NCBI RefSeq assembly: GCF_030384885.1
Contig: NZ_CP128613.1
Origin: Escherichia coli
GTDB taxonomy: Bacteria; Pseudomonadota; Gammaproteobacteria; Enterobacterales; Enterobacteriaceae
DNA length: 64,000 nucleotides
Reading direction: 5' to 3' (one strand)
The notes under the pieces are model-generated. The model was given only the letters and a program-made list of their open reading frames with translations, was not told where the DNA came from and searched no databases. Positions within the stretch are counted from its first letter, which is position 1. Each line of letters begins with the position of its first letter. This document shows, piece by piece, positions 1 through 10,210 of the stretch. The position numbers were made by a program, and so were the translations under genes.

Positions 1-62
1 CGTAACCACTCCTGGTGACGCTGTTCTGCCATCGCTGCTGAATAGGGTGATTGTTGGGCCAT
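1..62 (-). CDS. trpR: Trp repressor TrpR, N-terminal part only (gene runs off the window start)
   Basis: Reverse complement from the ATG at 60-62 translates MAQQSPYSAAMAEQRHQEW..., the TrpR N-terminus; position downstream of slt matches K-12 order. Confidence 0.8.
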   Translation of the reverse strand, partial: MAQQSPYSAAMAEQRHQEWL

Positions 63-109
63 AATATGTCGCCATTGTTAGCGGGGGAAGCAAAATGCCT
101 CCCCCGGTT

Positions 110-127
110 GTACTCGCTAAAGAGTAC
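110..127. promoter_or_regulatory. TrpR autoregulatory operator in the trpR promoter
   Basis: Near-palindrome GTACTCGCTAAAGAGTAC (reverse complement GTACTCTTTAGCGAGTAC) about 50 bp upstream of the trpR start; matches the known trp-operator half-site pattern. Confidence 0.6.
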
Positions 128-151
128 GATAGCATATCATAAACGTGCGGA

Positions 152-2089
152 TCAGTAACGACGTCCCCATTCCGTGGCGCTCATCAACGTTGGTTTATCC
201 CCCATGAAATAGCGGTAGTAAGCGTCATAAGCCAGCACGTTCTTCACATAACCGCGCGTCTCGGAGAACGGAATACTCTCGACAAATGCCACTGCGTCGA
301 TACGACCAGCGCTGTTGCCGAGCCAGGTGCGCACTCGTCCAGGTCCGGCGTTATAAGCTGCTGAGGCGAAAATACGGTTATTGCCAAACTGCTGATAAAC
401 ATATTGCAGGTAACTGGTGCCGATGTTGATGTTCGTTTCCGGATCCAGCAATTGCCCAGGGCTGCTGTAGCCAGGAATAGAGAACATCTTCACCGTATGG
501 GTCGCCGTACCATGCATAATCTGCATCAGCCCGCTGGCCCCTACCGGTGACTTCACTTTCGGATTCCAGGCGCTCTCCTGACGGGCAATCGCCATTGCAT
601 AGCTTTGCGGGATGTCTTTGCCGTTGGTGTAACGTTCGAAGAGATCGTTGTAGGCCAGTGGGAATCGTTCTTCCAGATGATCCCACAACTTCCCGGCGAT
701 CGTCGCCTGAACGCTGAGATCCCACCATTGGTTGTTGAAAGCATACCGTGCCAGCTGTGCCTGCTCTGTTTTTGACTTGCTCTTCACCAGATTGGCCCAC
801 TCGCTGCGCGCGGTGTTATCGAGATTCCAGTACATCAACTCGCGCACGCGCGCCATCTCCGGCCCCTGAGTCAGGGTGCTGTCAACATTCTGCGGCGCTT
901 TATCAATCTTCAGCTCATACTCTTCGCCGATGCGCTGTGCAGCAACCATCGGGTAGAAACCACGCTGTTGCATGAGTTGATGCAGAATCTCTTTCGCTTC
1001 AGCTTCGCGTCCGCGTTCCAGCAATAAATCGGCCTGCCAGTAACGCCATTCATCTTTCTCTTTCGCTTCCATCGGCAAACGCGCCAGCCAGGTATTCAGG
1101 CCACGCCGATCGCCAGTACCAAGCGCCATCCGCACTCGGCGTTCAATCAACGAGGTGGATTGCGAGCGCATAATGGCGTCATCGCGCCATTTCGCCTGCT
1201 CGTCGGTGACATCGTTGCCCATCAAACGCCAGGCGACGATATCGCGCAGTTCCTGAATCTGATCTTCATTAAGCTGCTGTGCCTGAGCAAGCGATGGAAT
1301 CATCAGCCGTGCATTTTCAGCATCCTGCCGCGCCACGCTGGCAAACGCCACCGCCGCCATTTGACGGGTAAAATCGGTCGCACCGGTTGTACGCGCGAAG
1401 GTCAGTACCGTATTAGGGTTGTTCGCCAGAGAAATAATCGCCGAGGCGATAGTCTGGTAATCAGCAGGCATCTGCCCTGCCAGCACTGTCACCAGGCCTG
1501 TGTTACCCGCTTTCATCGCCAGACGGATACGCTCCAGATACGCCAGCGGATCTTGTTTGCCTGACGCACGCCAGACGCTAAATAACTTGTCACAGGCGTT
1601 AGGCTGGCTCTTGCCGGTTAGCCACAGCTCTTTCGCCCCTTGCCAGGCTTCTTCACTCTGCCCGGTGTTCCATTTCGCATAGTAGTAATTACATTGCGCT
1701 TCGGTAGTTCCGGGCTTTTCCGGGCTAAAGGCTAACAAACCACGCCAGTCTTCACGCCGCGCCAGTTCATTGACGAAACGAGATTGCAGCGTGCGAGCGG
1801 GAGGAAGCGTGGGGTTAGCGCGAACAAAGTTAGTGACCGTCACCGCCGGTTGATTCATCAGGTCATCGGTGATCTGGCGGTATTCCAGATAGGGATAAAG
1901 TGGATAATCCTTCAGTCCAGGCATCATTTGTTCGACCACATCCATTTGTCGATTATCCCAGGCCTGCTTAATTTGCGCGTAACGGCTACGCTGCTCATCC
2001 AGTGAGTCGGCTCGCGCCACGCTGCTGACCGTCAGCAGACAGACACCGACAGCCAACAGCCGCCAGGTAACGTGTTTGGCTTTTTCCAC
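152..2089 (-). CDS. slt: Soluble lytic murein transglycosylase Slt70
   Basis: 645-aa ORF with signal peptide, superhelical N-terminal region and C-terminal lysozyme-like domain; correct length and synteny. Confidence 0.95.
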   Translation of the reverse strand: MEKAKHVTWRLLAVGVCLLTVSSVARADSLDEQRSRYAQIKQAWDNRQMDVVEQMMPGLKDYPLYPYLEYRQITDDLMNQPAVTVTNFVRANPTLPPARTLQSRFVNELARREDWRGLLAFSPEKPGTTEAQCNYYYAKWNTGQSEEAWQGAKELWLTGKSQPNACDKLFSVWRASGKQDPLAYLERIRLAMKAGNTGLVTVLAGQMPADYQTIASAIISLANNPNTVLTFARTTGATDFTRQMAAVAFASVARQDAENARLMIPSLAQAQQLNEDQIQELRDIVAWRLMGNDVTDEQAKWRDDAIMRSQSTSLIERRVRMALGTGDRRGLNTWLARLPMEAKEKDEWRYWQADLLLERGREAEAKEILHQLMQQRGFYPMVAAQRIGEEYELKIDKAPQNVDSTLTQGPEMARVRELMYWNLDNTARSEWANLVKSKSKTEQAQLARYAFNNQWWDLSVQATIAGKLWDHLEERFPLAYNDLFERYTNGKDIPQSYAMAIARQESAWNPKVKSPVGASGLMQIMHGTATHTVKMFSIPGYSSPGQLLDPETNINIGTSYLQYVYQQFGNNRIFASAAYNAGPGRVRTWLGNSAGRIDAVAFVESIPFSETRGYVKNVLAYDAYYRYFMGDKPTLMSATEWGRRY

Positions 2090-2299
2090 AAGCGCATCCT
2101 CTAAGTGTCAATACATCAATGCAGCGTCATGCCGCGTAATAGATTTATGCTAACCAGTCATTGCCGTTTACGCCACGTTACGGACACTTTTTTACTTTTA
2201 CTGCGAGGGTGATCGACCGGCTGGGATTAGATAAGGAAACAGGCTACACTTCGCCTTTGAAAACTCATCATCACGATAAACATAGAGGCGAAGTCCAAC

Positions 2300-3967
2300 G
2301 TGGCTCAATTCGTTTATACCATGCATCGTGTCGGCAAAGTTGTTCCGCCGAAACGTCATATTTTGAAAAACATCTCTCTGAGTTTCTTCCCTGGGGCAAA
2401 AATTGGTGTCCTGGGTCTGAACGGCGCGGGTAAGTCTACCCTGCTGCGCATTATGGCGGGCATTGATAAAGACATCGAAGGTGAAGCGCGTCCGCAGCCA
2501 GACATCAAGATTGGTTACCTGCCGCAGGAACCTCAGCTGAACCCGGAACACACCGTGCGTGAGTCCATTGAAGAAGCGGTTTCTGAAGTGGTTAACGCTC
2601 TGAAACGTCTGGATGAAGTGTATGCGCTGTACGCCGATCCGGATGCCGATTTTGACAAGCTGGCCGCTGAACAAGGCCGTCTGGAAGAGATCATTCAGGC
2701 TCATGACGGTCATAACCTGAACGTTCAGCTGGAGCGTGCGGCGGATGCGCTGCGTCTGCCGGACTGGGACGCGAAAATCGCTAACCTTTCCGGTGGTGAG
2801 CGTCGTCGCGTGGCATTGTGCCGCCTGCTGTTGGAAAAACCAGACATGCTGCTGCTCGACGAACCGACCAACCACCTGGATGCCGAATCCGTAGCGTGGC
2901 TGGAACGCTTCCTGCACGACTTCGAGGGCACCGTGGTGGCGATTACCCACGACCGTTACTTCCTCGATAACGTTGCAGGCTGGATCCTCGAACTTGACCG
3001 CGGTGAAGGTATTCCGTGGGAAGGTAACTACTCCTCCTGGCTGGAGCAGAAAGATCAGCGTCTGGCGCAGGAAGCTTCACAAGAAGCAGCGCGTCGTAAG
3101 TCGATCGAGAAAGAGCTGGAGTGGGTACGTCAGGGAACTAAAGGCCGTCAGTCGAAAGGTAAAGCACGTCTGGCGCGCTTTGAAGAGCTGAACAGCACCG
3201 AATATCAGAAACGTAACGAAACCAACGAACTGTTTATTCCACCTGGACCGCGTCTGGGCGATAAAGTGCTGGAAGTCAGCAACCTGCGTAAATCTTACGG
3301 CGATCGTCTGCTGATTGATGATCTGAGCTTCTCGATCCCTAAAGGGGCGATCGTCGGGATCATCGGTCCGAACGGCGCGGGTAAATCAACCCTGTTCCGT
3401 ATGATCTCTGGTCAGGAACAGCCAGACAGCGGCACCATCACTTTAGGTGAAACGGTGAAACTGGCATCTGTCGATCAGTTCCGTGACTCAATGGATAACA
3501 GCAAAACCGTTTGGGAAGAAGTTTCCGGCGGGCTGGATATCATGAAGATCGGTAACACCGAGATGCCAAGCCGCGCCTACGTTGGCCGCTTTAACTTTAA
3601 AGGGGTTGATCAGGGTAAACGCGTTGGCGAACTCTCCGGTGGTGAGCGTGGTCGTCTGCATCTGGCGAAGCTGCTGCAGGTTGGCGGCAACATGCTGCTG
3701 CTCGACGAACCGACCAACGACCTGGATATCGAAACCCTGCGTGCGCTGGAAAACGCCCTGCTGGAGTTCCCGGGCTGCGCGATGGTTATCTCGCACGACC
3801 GTTGGTTCCTCGACCGTATCGCCACACACATTCTGGATTACCAGGATGAAGGTAAAGTTGAGTTCTTTGAAGGTAACTTTACCGAGTACGAAGAGTACAA
3901 GAAACGCACGCTGGGCGCAGACGCGCTGGAGCCGAAGCGTATCAAGTACAAGCGTATTGCGAAGTAA
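2300..3967 (+). CDS. ettA: Energy-dependent translational throttle EttA (ABC-F ATPase)
   Basis: 555-aa ORF with two ABC cassettes (two Walker A GxxGAGKST motifs, two LSGGE signatures). Confidence 0.95.
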   Translation: MAQFVYTMHRVGKVVPPKRHILKNISLSFFPGAKIGVLGLNGAGKSTLLRIMAGIDKDIEGEARPQPDIKIGYLPQEPQLNPEHTVRESIEEAVSEVVNALKRLDEVYALYADPDADFDKLAAEQGRLEEIIQAHDGHNLNVQLERAADALRLPDWDAKIANLSGGERRRVALCRLLLEKPDMLLLDEPTNHLDAESVAWLERFLHDFEGTVVAITHDRYFLDNVAGWILELDRGEGIPWEGNYSSWLEQKDQRLAQEASQEAARRKSIEKELEWVRQGTKGRQSKGKARLARFEELNSTEYQKRNETNELFIPPGPRLGDKVLEVSNLRKSYGDRLLIDDLSFSIPKGAIVGIIGPNGAGKSTLFRMISGQEQPDSGTITLGETVKLASVDQFRDSMDNSKTVWEEVSGGLDIMKIGNTEMPSRAYVGRFNFKGVDQGKRVGELSGGERGRLHLAKLLQVGGNMLLLDEPTNDLDIETLRALENALLEFPGCAMVISHDRWFLDRIATHILDYQDEGKVEFFEGNFTEYEEYKKRTLGADALEPKRIKYKRIAK

Positions 3968-3978
3968 TGCGTAAAATG

Positions 3979-4008
3979 CCGGATGCGGCGCGCCAGCATC
4001 GCATCCGG
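3979..4008. repeat. REP-like GC-rich hairpin downstream of ettA
   Basis: Inverted repeat CCGGATGCG...CGCATCCGG immediately after the ettA stop codon. Confidence 0.4.
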
Positions 4009-4022
4009 TAATAGTTAAATGA

Positions 4023-4319
4023 TTAATGGGAGGCAAGTTCCCGGAAAAAGGCAGGATTTTCTTTAATTGTGGCAAGTACTTTTGCAGCCAATCCCGTAGG
4101 ATTTCTTCGCTTCGATTCCCAGCTTTTAATGGTATCCACACTGGTTCCCAGAGCTTTTGCCATCTCACTTTGCGAAACGTTGAGTTGCTCACGAATAGCT
4201 TTAACATCCGCAATTTCGTAGCGGGTCACCCGTGCAGGTTCTTTTAAACCTTGTTTAATCTCGACAGCCTCTTCCAGAGAGGTTTTCAACTCATCAAAAA
4301 AACTCATTTTATACCTCAC
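4023..4319 (-). CDS. HTH (XRE-like) antitoxin of a type II toxin-antitoxin pair, HigA-like
   Basis: 98-aa ORF with a C-terminal helix-turn-helix (...SQSEMAKALGTSVDTIKSWESKRR...); lies directly downstream of, and overlaps, the toxin ORF. Confidence 0.65.
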   Translation of the reverse strand: MRYKMSFFDELKTSLEEAVEIKQGLKEPARVTRYEIADVKAIREQLNVSQSEMAKALGTSVDTIKSWESKRRNPTGLAAKVLATIKENPAFFRELASH

Positions 4320-4641
4320 CTTTGAGCAGTTTCGTCAACTTCTTTAGTTGAGCTTTTTCCGTATCTGTCAGACTGTCTTTGGCATTCTTCGGATAGGCCA
4401 TAATCAAATAAATAATCTCTTCCGTCGCCAGAAAGTAAATTATTCTGACACTGCCACTTTTTCCCTGTGAACCCGCAGCCATTCGGACTTTACGCAATCC
4501 ACCAGTCTGCTGAATGAGATCACCTTTATCGGGAGTTCCGATGAGTTCTTTTTGCAATTCCTTTAATTCATCATCGGTTGCAATCTGCTTGATCTGACGC
4601 GTAAACATTGGCGTCTCTATAAATATTATCGCCTTGCCCAT
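4309..4641 (-). CDS. RelE/ParE-superfamily toxin, HigB-2-like
   Basis: About 110 aa when started at MGKAIIF (the track ORF carries an N-terminal extension). Contains ...GGLRKVRMAAGSQGKSGSVRIIYF..., resembling the GKSGGxRxIY signature of HigB-2-type killer proteins. GGGAGGGG Shine-Dalgarno 4 nt upstream of the ATG. Toxin precedes antitoxin. Confidence 0.65.
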   Translation of the reverse strand: MGKAIIFIETPMFTRQIKQIATDDELKELQKELIGTPDKGDLIQQTGGLRKVRMAAGSQGKSGSVRIIYFLATEEIIYLIMAYPKNAKDSLTDTEKAQLKKLTKLLKGEV

Positions 4642-4732
4642 TACCCCTCCCTGGCAGGTACATTGTACACCAAAATGGAGTACTAAGTACACTTTTGAAT
4701 CAGTAATATCACTCAACATCTTATAAAGATGA

Positions 4733-5965
4733 TTATCCCTGCTCCCCCATCATCTCCCGCACCAGCTCCACGCAGCGCAGGAAACGGCTGTCGTAATCGT
4801 CTTCTTCAACCCGCACAAATTCGATATTGTTCTCTTCCAGCATCTCCACCAGCAAGTTCTGGAACTCTTTGCGATCCACCGAACTGCCGAGACTGCGTAA
4901 ACCATCCGCCACCCACGGCGTGTTGTTCTCCAGCAGAATCACCAGATCAAAACGGTATTCATCGATCAGCGCCTGTACGAACGGATGCTCGCGCCCTTCG
5001 TACTTTTTGCAGAACGCCTGAGTTGTCACAAAATCGGTGTCGATAAACGCCACTTTATTGGCATATTTTACTGCAAAATCAATATATTGAGCGTGTCCAA
5101 GCGCGATTTTATCGTAGTCGGAATACTGCAATGCAATCTCATCGCCGCCAAGATGCGAAAAGACATAATCGCGACCATATTCCCATGCACTGGTAGTGTT
5201 GAAGATATTGGCAAGTTTGTTTACCAGGGTGGATTTACCGCTCGATTCGCCGCCGAGGATCGCCACGGTGCGCACAAAGAACGGCTTCACTTCGGTGGGA
5301 ATATATTCCCAGTAGCGGAACGGGTTTTCGCGGATCTGCGCACCGCTGATACTCATAAAGGTGCGTTTCGGATCGACCAACACCGTTTCGATCCCCAGAT
5401 GTTCCATATACTGCGGCGCGTCGGCTTCTTCCGAGGTGTAGATCAGATCCGGCTGGATCCCTTTTTCAGCCATAAACTTTTTGATGCCGTTGCTCCACAC
5501 ATCCCAGCCATGCGGATACGGCTCCATGCCCTCTTCGTTGAAAGCATGAATGCGAATATTTTTCTGATATTTAAAAGTTTGCAATAACCAGCGCAGACGA
5601 TCCGGCACCGTGGGCTGCTGCGACATGGCGCTATCTTCGAACAACGCGCGGTCGCGGGTATCGTCAAAGCCCATAATGATATGCAGTTCGTCAACCTGAC
5701 TACAGGCACGCTGGATAAGGTAGATATGTCCGGTATGCAGCGGGTAAAACTTACCGAATACAACACCAATAGTTTTCTTCTGCCGGGGAAATTCAAGTCC
5801 CAAATAACGGTGCAACGCCTCCAGCTTTTGCGCGCTGGGGCTTTTAATTTTGGCATTCAGTAACTGGCTTAAATACCCTTTGGTCATACCGCTGGCATCA
5901 GCCACCTGCTGTAGCGTACAGCCCTGTTGCTTGATGGCAGTTTTCAGATAATCAAATGACGACAT
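4733..5965 (-). CDS. nadR: NadR: NAD regulator, NMN adenylyltransferase and ribosylnicotinamide kinase
   Basis: N-terminus MSSFDYLKTAIKQQG... with HTH, then nucleotidyltransferase and P-loop kinase domains; 410 aa from the internal Met. Confidence 0.93.
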   Translation of the reverse strand: MSSFDYLKTAIKQQGCTLQQVADASGMTKGYLSQLLNAKIKSPSAQKLEALHRYLGLEFPRQKKTIGVVFGKFYPLHTGHIYLIQRACSQVDELHIIMGFDDTRDRALFEDSAMSQQPTVPDRLRWLLQTFKYQKNIRIHAFNEEGMEPYPHGWDVWSNGIKKFMAEKGIQPDLIYTSEEADAPQYMEHLGIETVLVDPKRTFMSISGAQIRENPFRYWEYIPTEVKPFFVRTVAILGGESSGKSTLVNKLANIFNTTSAWEYGRDYVFSHLGGDEIALQYSDYDKIALGHAQYIDFAVKYANKVAFIDTDFVTTQAFCKKYEGREHPFVQALIDEYRFDLVILLENNTPWVADGLRSLGSSVDRKEFQNLLVEMLEENNIEFVRVEEDDYDSRFLRCVELVREMMGEQG

Positions 5966-5985
5966 ATCTCCCTCCGTATCTCTCA

Positions 5986-7368
5986 TTATAAGTCGTCGAA
6001 CACGCTAAGCGCGTCGGAGAGTTTTTTAACGCCAAAAATCTGCATCCCTTCCGGCGCTTTTTTCGGCACGTTGGCTGCCGGAACAATCGCCCGCCGAAAA
6101 CCATGTTTCGCCGCTTCAGAAATCCGCTCCTGGCCGCTGGGCACCGGGCGGATCTCCCCTGCCAGCCCGACTTCACCAAACACCACCAGATCCTGCGGTA
6201 GTGGTCTGTCGCGCAGGCTGGAAACCATCGCCAGCAGTAACGCTAAATCGGCACTGGTTTCGGTTACCTTCACGCCACCGACCACATTCACAAACACATC
6301 CTGATCGGCCATTTGCAACCCACCGTGACGGTGCAGCACCGCCAGCAGGATTGCCAGACGGTTTTGCTCCAGCCCTACTGCGACGCGGCGTGGATTCGCC
6401 ATCATCGAGTGATCGACCAGCGCCTGGATCTCCACCAGCAGCGGACGCGTTCCTTCCCACACCACCATCACTGAGCTGCCGGAGGTCACTTCATCGCCGC
6501 GACTTAAGAAGATGGCGGAAGGGTTGCTAACTTCACGCAGTCCCTGTTCAGTCATCGCGAAGACGCCCAGCTCATTCACCGCGCCGAAACGGTTTTTATG
6601 GCTGCGTAAGGTGCGGAAACGGGAATCGGCATCGCCGTCCAGAAGCACCGAGCAGTCGATACAGTGTTCCAGCACTTTAGGGCCTGCCAGCGAACCATCT
6701 TTGGTTACGTGCCCCACCATGACAATCGCCACGCCACGCGTTTTGGCGAAGCGCGTCAGATAAGCCGCCGTTTCACGCACCTGCGCCACGCTGCCAGGTG
6801 ATGATTGTACATCCGCCATATGCATCACCTGGATGGAGTCAATTACCATCAGCTTCGGTTGCTCTTCTTCGGCAATCAGGCAGATCTGTTCGATGCTGGT
6901 TTCCGACAACATATTGAGATTGTCAGTCGGCAGGCCGAGGCGATGAGCGCGCATTGCCACCTGTTGCAGCGACTCTTCGCCGGTGACATACAGCGTTTTC
7001 ATCTGCTGGGCCAGTTTGCACAGCGTTTGCAGTAGCAGCGTGGATTTCCCTGCGCCTGGATTACCGCCAATCAGAATGGCGCTTCCCGGCACCACCCCAC
7101 CGCCTAATACGCGGTCGAACTCTTTAAATCCGGTTGAAAAACGCGGCAACTCCTCAAGGCTGATATCGGAAAGTTTCTGGACTTTTGCCACCCCGGCGCT
7201 ACCGGCATAGCCACTGAGACGCTCGTTACGCGCCACCGTTGGCGACGCAGCAAGACGCACCTCGGTGATGGTGTTCCAGGCATGGCAGGCGCTGCACTGC
7301 CCCTGCCAGCGCGGATAATCGGCCCCGCATTCATTACAAACAAAGGCGCGTTTTGGAGCTTTTGCCAC
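5986..7368 (-). CDS. radA: DNA repair protein RadA (Sms)
   Basis: C4 zinc finger (CNECGADYPRWQGQCSACHAWN), RecA-like ATPase with Walker A GNPGAGKST, Lon-like C-terminal domain; 460 aa from a likely GTG start. Confidence 0.93.
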   Translation of the reverse strand: MAKAPKRAFVCNECGADYPRWQGQCSACHAWNTITEVRLAASPTVARNERLSGYAGSAGVAKVQKLSDISLEELPRFSTGFKEFDRVLGGGVVPGSAILIGGNPGAGKSTLLLQTLCKLAQQMKTLYVTGEESLQQVAMRAHRLGLPTDNLNMLSETSIEQICLIAEEEQPKLMVIDSIQVMHMADVQSSPGSVAQVRETAAYLTRFAKTRGVAIVMVGHVTKDGSLAGPKVLEHCIDCSVLLDGDADSRFRTLRSHKNRFGAVNELGVFAMTEQGLREVSNPSAIFLSRGDEVTSGSSVMVVWEGTRPLLVEIQALVDHSMMANPRRVAVGLEQNRLAILLAVLHRHGGLQMADQDVFVNVVGGVKVTETSADLALLLAMVSSLRDRPLPQDLVVFGEVGLAGEIRPVPSGQERISEAAKHGFRRAIVPAANVPKKAPEGMQIFGVKKLSDALSVFDDL

Positions 7369-7416
7369 GGTGTACCTCGTTAATACTGTGCCGCCCGCAG
7401 GATGACGGGCGGACAA

Positions 7417-8385
7417 TTACTTCTGATTCAGGCTGCCAGAGAGGATGCAGAATACCCCCATCAGGTCAGCGTGACGGATGGTGACTTCCGTCTTTTCATT
7501 CACTTTTGGCTTGGCATGGTAGGCAATCCCCAGACCTGCCGCTTTGATCATCGGCAGGTCGTTGGCACCATCGCCAATCGCCACGGTTTGCGCCAGCGGG
7601 ATTTCATACTCCTGCGCCAGGCGGGTCAGGGTTTTCGCTTTATACTGAGCGTCTACAATGTCGCCAATCACATTACCGGTAAATTTACCGTCCATGATCT
7701 CCAGTTCATTGGCTACTACGGCGGTCAGGCGCAGCTTATCGCGCAGGTATTCGGCAAAGAAGGTAAAACCGCCGGAGGCAATCGCCACTTTCCAGCCCAG
7801 CGTTTCCAGCTTGAGTACCAGTTGCGTTAAGCCTGGCATCAGCGGCAGATTTTCACGCACCTGTTGCAGAATATTGGCGTCAGCGCCTTTCAGCGTTGCC
7901 ACTCGACTGCGCAAGCTGGCGGTAAAATCGAGTTCGCCGCGCATCGCCCGCTCGGTTACTTCCGCCACCATCTCGCCGGTTCCGGCCAGTTTGGCAATTT
8001 CGTCAATACATTCAATCTGAATGGCGGTGGAATCCATGTCCATCACCAGCAGACCTGGCGTGCGCAGATGCGGAATTTTCCCCAGCGGCGCGACATCCAG
8101 TTGTGCTTCATGGGCCAGGCGCGTAGCCCGGGCGGTAAGCGAACCTGCCAGACGAATCACCTGATAATCTTCCACGCACCAGGCGGCAACAATCACCATC
8201 GCTGCGCCCAGTTTGCTTTGGTACTGGGTCAGACGTTGTTTATCCAGCCCACGACCATACAGCAGCCAGCCGCTACGACCTGCGTGGTAATCCAGTGGCA
8301 TCACTTCATCACCACTTAATGAAAGAGGCAGACCTGGCCATAAAGAGACATCTTCAGGAAGGTCGCACCAGGTAATGTTAGGCAT
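7417..8385 (-). CDS. serB: Phosphoserine phosphatase SerB
   Basis: HAD-family DxDST motif (VMDMDSTAIQ); 322 aa from MPNITWCDLPEDV... Confidence 0.93.
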   Translation of the reverse strand: MPNITWCDLPEDVSLWPGLPLSLSGDEVMPLDYHAGRSGWLLYGRGLDKQRLTQYQSKLGAAMVIVAAWCVEDYQVIRLAGSLTARATRLAHEAQLDVAPLGKIPHLRTPGLLVMDMDSTAIQIECIDEIAKLAGTGEMVAEVTERAMRGELDFTASLRSRVATLKGADANILQQVRENLPLMPGLTQLVLKLETLGWKVAIASGGFTFFAEYLRDKLRLTAVVANELEIMDGKFTGNVIGDIVDAQYKAKTLTRLAQEYEIPLAQTVAIGDGANDLPMIKAAGLGIAYHAKPKVNEKTEVTIRHADLMGVFCILSGSLNQK

Positions 8386-8490
8386 TAAGGCTCCTGTAAA
8401 ATCGTTCGAAGCAGGGAAAATAACGCATGAGGCTACCTTGTATCCATTGCTTCTGGCAACATTAAGTCTCAAATTTTCAAAGGGTGGAAG

Positions 8491-9135
8491 ATGGCTCGCA
8501 CAAAACTGAAATTCCGGCTGCATCGGGCAGTGATTGTCCTGTTCTGTCTTGCCTTGTTAGTGGCGCTGATGCAGGGGGCATCATGGTTTAGTCAAAACCA
8601 CCAGCGACAGCGTAATCCGCAGCTGGAAGAACTGGCCCGCACCCTGGCGCGGCAGGTGACGCTGAACGTTGCACCGCTGATGCGTACCGACTCACCGGAT
8701 GAAAAACGCATTCAGGCGATCCTCGATCAGTTAACGGATGAAAGCCGTATCCTCGACGCGGGTGTGTATGACGAACAAGGCGATCTTATCGCACGTTCTG
8801 GCGAAAGCGTCGAAGTGCGCGACCGGCTGGCGCTCGACGGTAAAAAAGCGGGCGGCTATTTTAACCAGCAGATTGTCGAACCCATTGCAGGGAAAAATGG
8901 TCCGCTTGGCTATCTGCGCCTGACGCTCGACACCCATACGCTCGCCACCGAAGCTCAACAGGTGGATAACACCACTAACATTTTACGCCTGATGTTGTTG
9001 CTCTCGCTGGCAATCGGCGTAGTGCTGACCCGCACGCTGCTACAGGGTAAACGCACCCGCTGGCAGCAATCCCCCTTCCTGTTAACCGCCAGCAAACCGG
9101 TGTCGGAAGAGGAAGAAAGCGAGAAAAAAGAGTGA
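8491..9135 (+). CDS. ytjB: Inner-membrane protein YtjB (Smp)
   Basis: 214-aa ORF with N-terminal transmembrane segment, in the conserved position between serB and lplA. Confidence 0.85.
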   Translation: MARTKLKFRLHRAVIVLFCLALLVALMQGASWFSQNHQRQRNPQLEELARTLARQVTLNVAPLMRTDSPDEKRIQAILDQLTDESRILDAGVYDEQGDLIARSGESVEVRDRLALDGKKAGGYFNQQIVEPIAGKNGPLGYLRLTLDTHTLATEAQQVDNTTNILRLMLLLSLAIGVVLTRTLLQGKRTRWQQSPFLLTASKPVSEEEESEKKE

Positions 9136-9162
9136 CCCATTACTACAAGAAAGGAAATCGTT

Positions 9163-10179
9163 ATGTCCACATTACGCCTGCTCATCTCTGACTCTTACGA
9201 TCCGTGGTTTAACCTGGCGGTGGAGGAGTGTATTTTTCGCCAGATGCCCGCCACGCAGCGCGTTTTGTTTCTCTGGCGCAATGCCGACACGGTAGTGATT
9301 GGTCGCGCGCAGAACCCGTGGAAAGAGTGTAATACCCGGCGGATGGAAGAAGATAACGTTCGCCTGGCACGGCGCAGTAGCGGTGGCGGCGCGGTGTTCC
9401 ACGATCTCGGCAATACCTGTTTTACCTTCATGGCTGGCAAGCCGGAATACGATAAAACGATCTCCACCTCGATTGTGCTCAATGCACTGAACGCGCTCGG
9501 TGTCAGCGCCGAAGCGTCCGGACGTAACGATTTGGTGGTGAAAACCGCCGAAGGCGACCGTAAAGTCTCAGGCTCGGCCTATCGCGAAACCAAAGATCGT
9601 GGCTTCCATCACGGCACCTTGCTACTCAATGCCGACCTTAGCCGCCTGGCAAACTATCTCAACCCGGATAAAAAGAAACTGGCGGCGAAAGGCATTACGT
9701 CGGTACGTTCCCGCGTGACCAATCTGACCGAATTGCTGCCGGGAATTACCCACGAGCAGGTTTGCGAAGCCATAACCGAGGCCTTTTTCGCCCATTATGG
9801 CGAGCGTGTAGAAGCGGAAATTATCTCCCCGGACAAAACGCCGGACTTGCCGAACTTCGCCGAAACCTTTGCCCGCCAGAGTAGCTGGGAATGGAATTTC
9901 GGACAGGCTCCAGCGTTCTCGCATCTGCTGGATGAACGCTTTACCTGGGGCGGCGTAGAACTGCATTTCGACGTCGAAAAAGGCCATATCACCCGCGCCC
10001 AGGTGTTTACCGATAGCCTCAACCCCGCACCTCTGGAAGCTCTCGCCGGACGACTGCAAGGCTGCCTGTACCGCGCTGACATGCTGCAACAAGAGTGTGA
10101 AGCGCTGTTGGTTGACTTCCCTGAACAGGAAAAAGAGCTAAGGGAGTTGTCGACGTGGATGGCAGGGGCGGTGCGGTAA
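9163..10179 (+). CDS. lplA: Lipoate-protein ligase A
   Basis: 338-aa ORF beginning [25 protein letters not shown]...; synteny. Confidence 0.93.
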   Translation: MSTLRLLISDSYDPWFNLAVEECIFRQMPATQRVLFLWRNADTVVIGRAQNPWKECNTRRMEEDNVRLARRSSGGGAVFHDLGNTCFTFMAGKPEYDKTISTSIVLNALNALGVSAEASGRNDLVVKTAEGDRKVSGSAYRETKDRGFHHGTLLLNADLSRLANYLNPDKKKLAAKGITSVRSRVTNLTELLPGITHEQVCEAITEAFFAHYGERVEAEIISPDKTPDLPNFAETFARQSSWEWNFGQAPAFSHLLDERFTWGGVELHFDVEKGHITRAQVFTDSLNPAPLEALAGRLQGCLYRADMLQQECEALLVDFPEQEKELRELSTWMAGAVR

Positions 10180-10210
10180 CTCGCTGATTAAAATATCCAG
10201 GGAAGGAAAT

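Noticed and set aside
81-106. GC-rich inverted repeat (GCGGGGGAAG...CCTCCCCCG) between slt and trpR considered as the slt terminator
   Set aside because: No convincing U-tract on the slt strand and it overlaps the trpR promoter region; function unclear, so not annotated.
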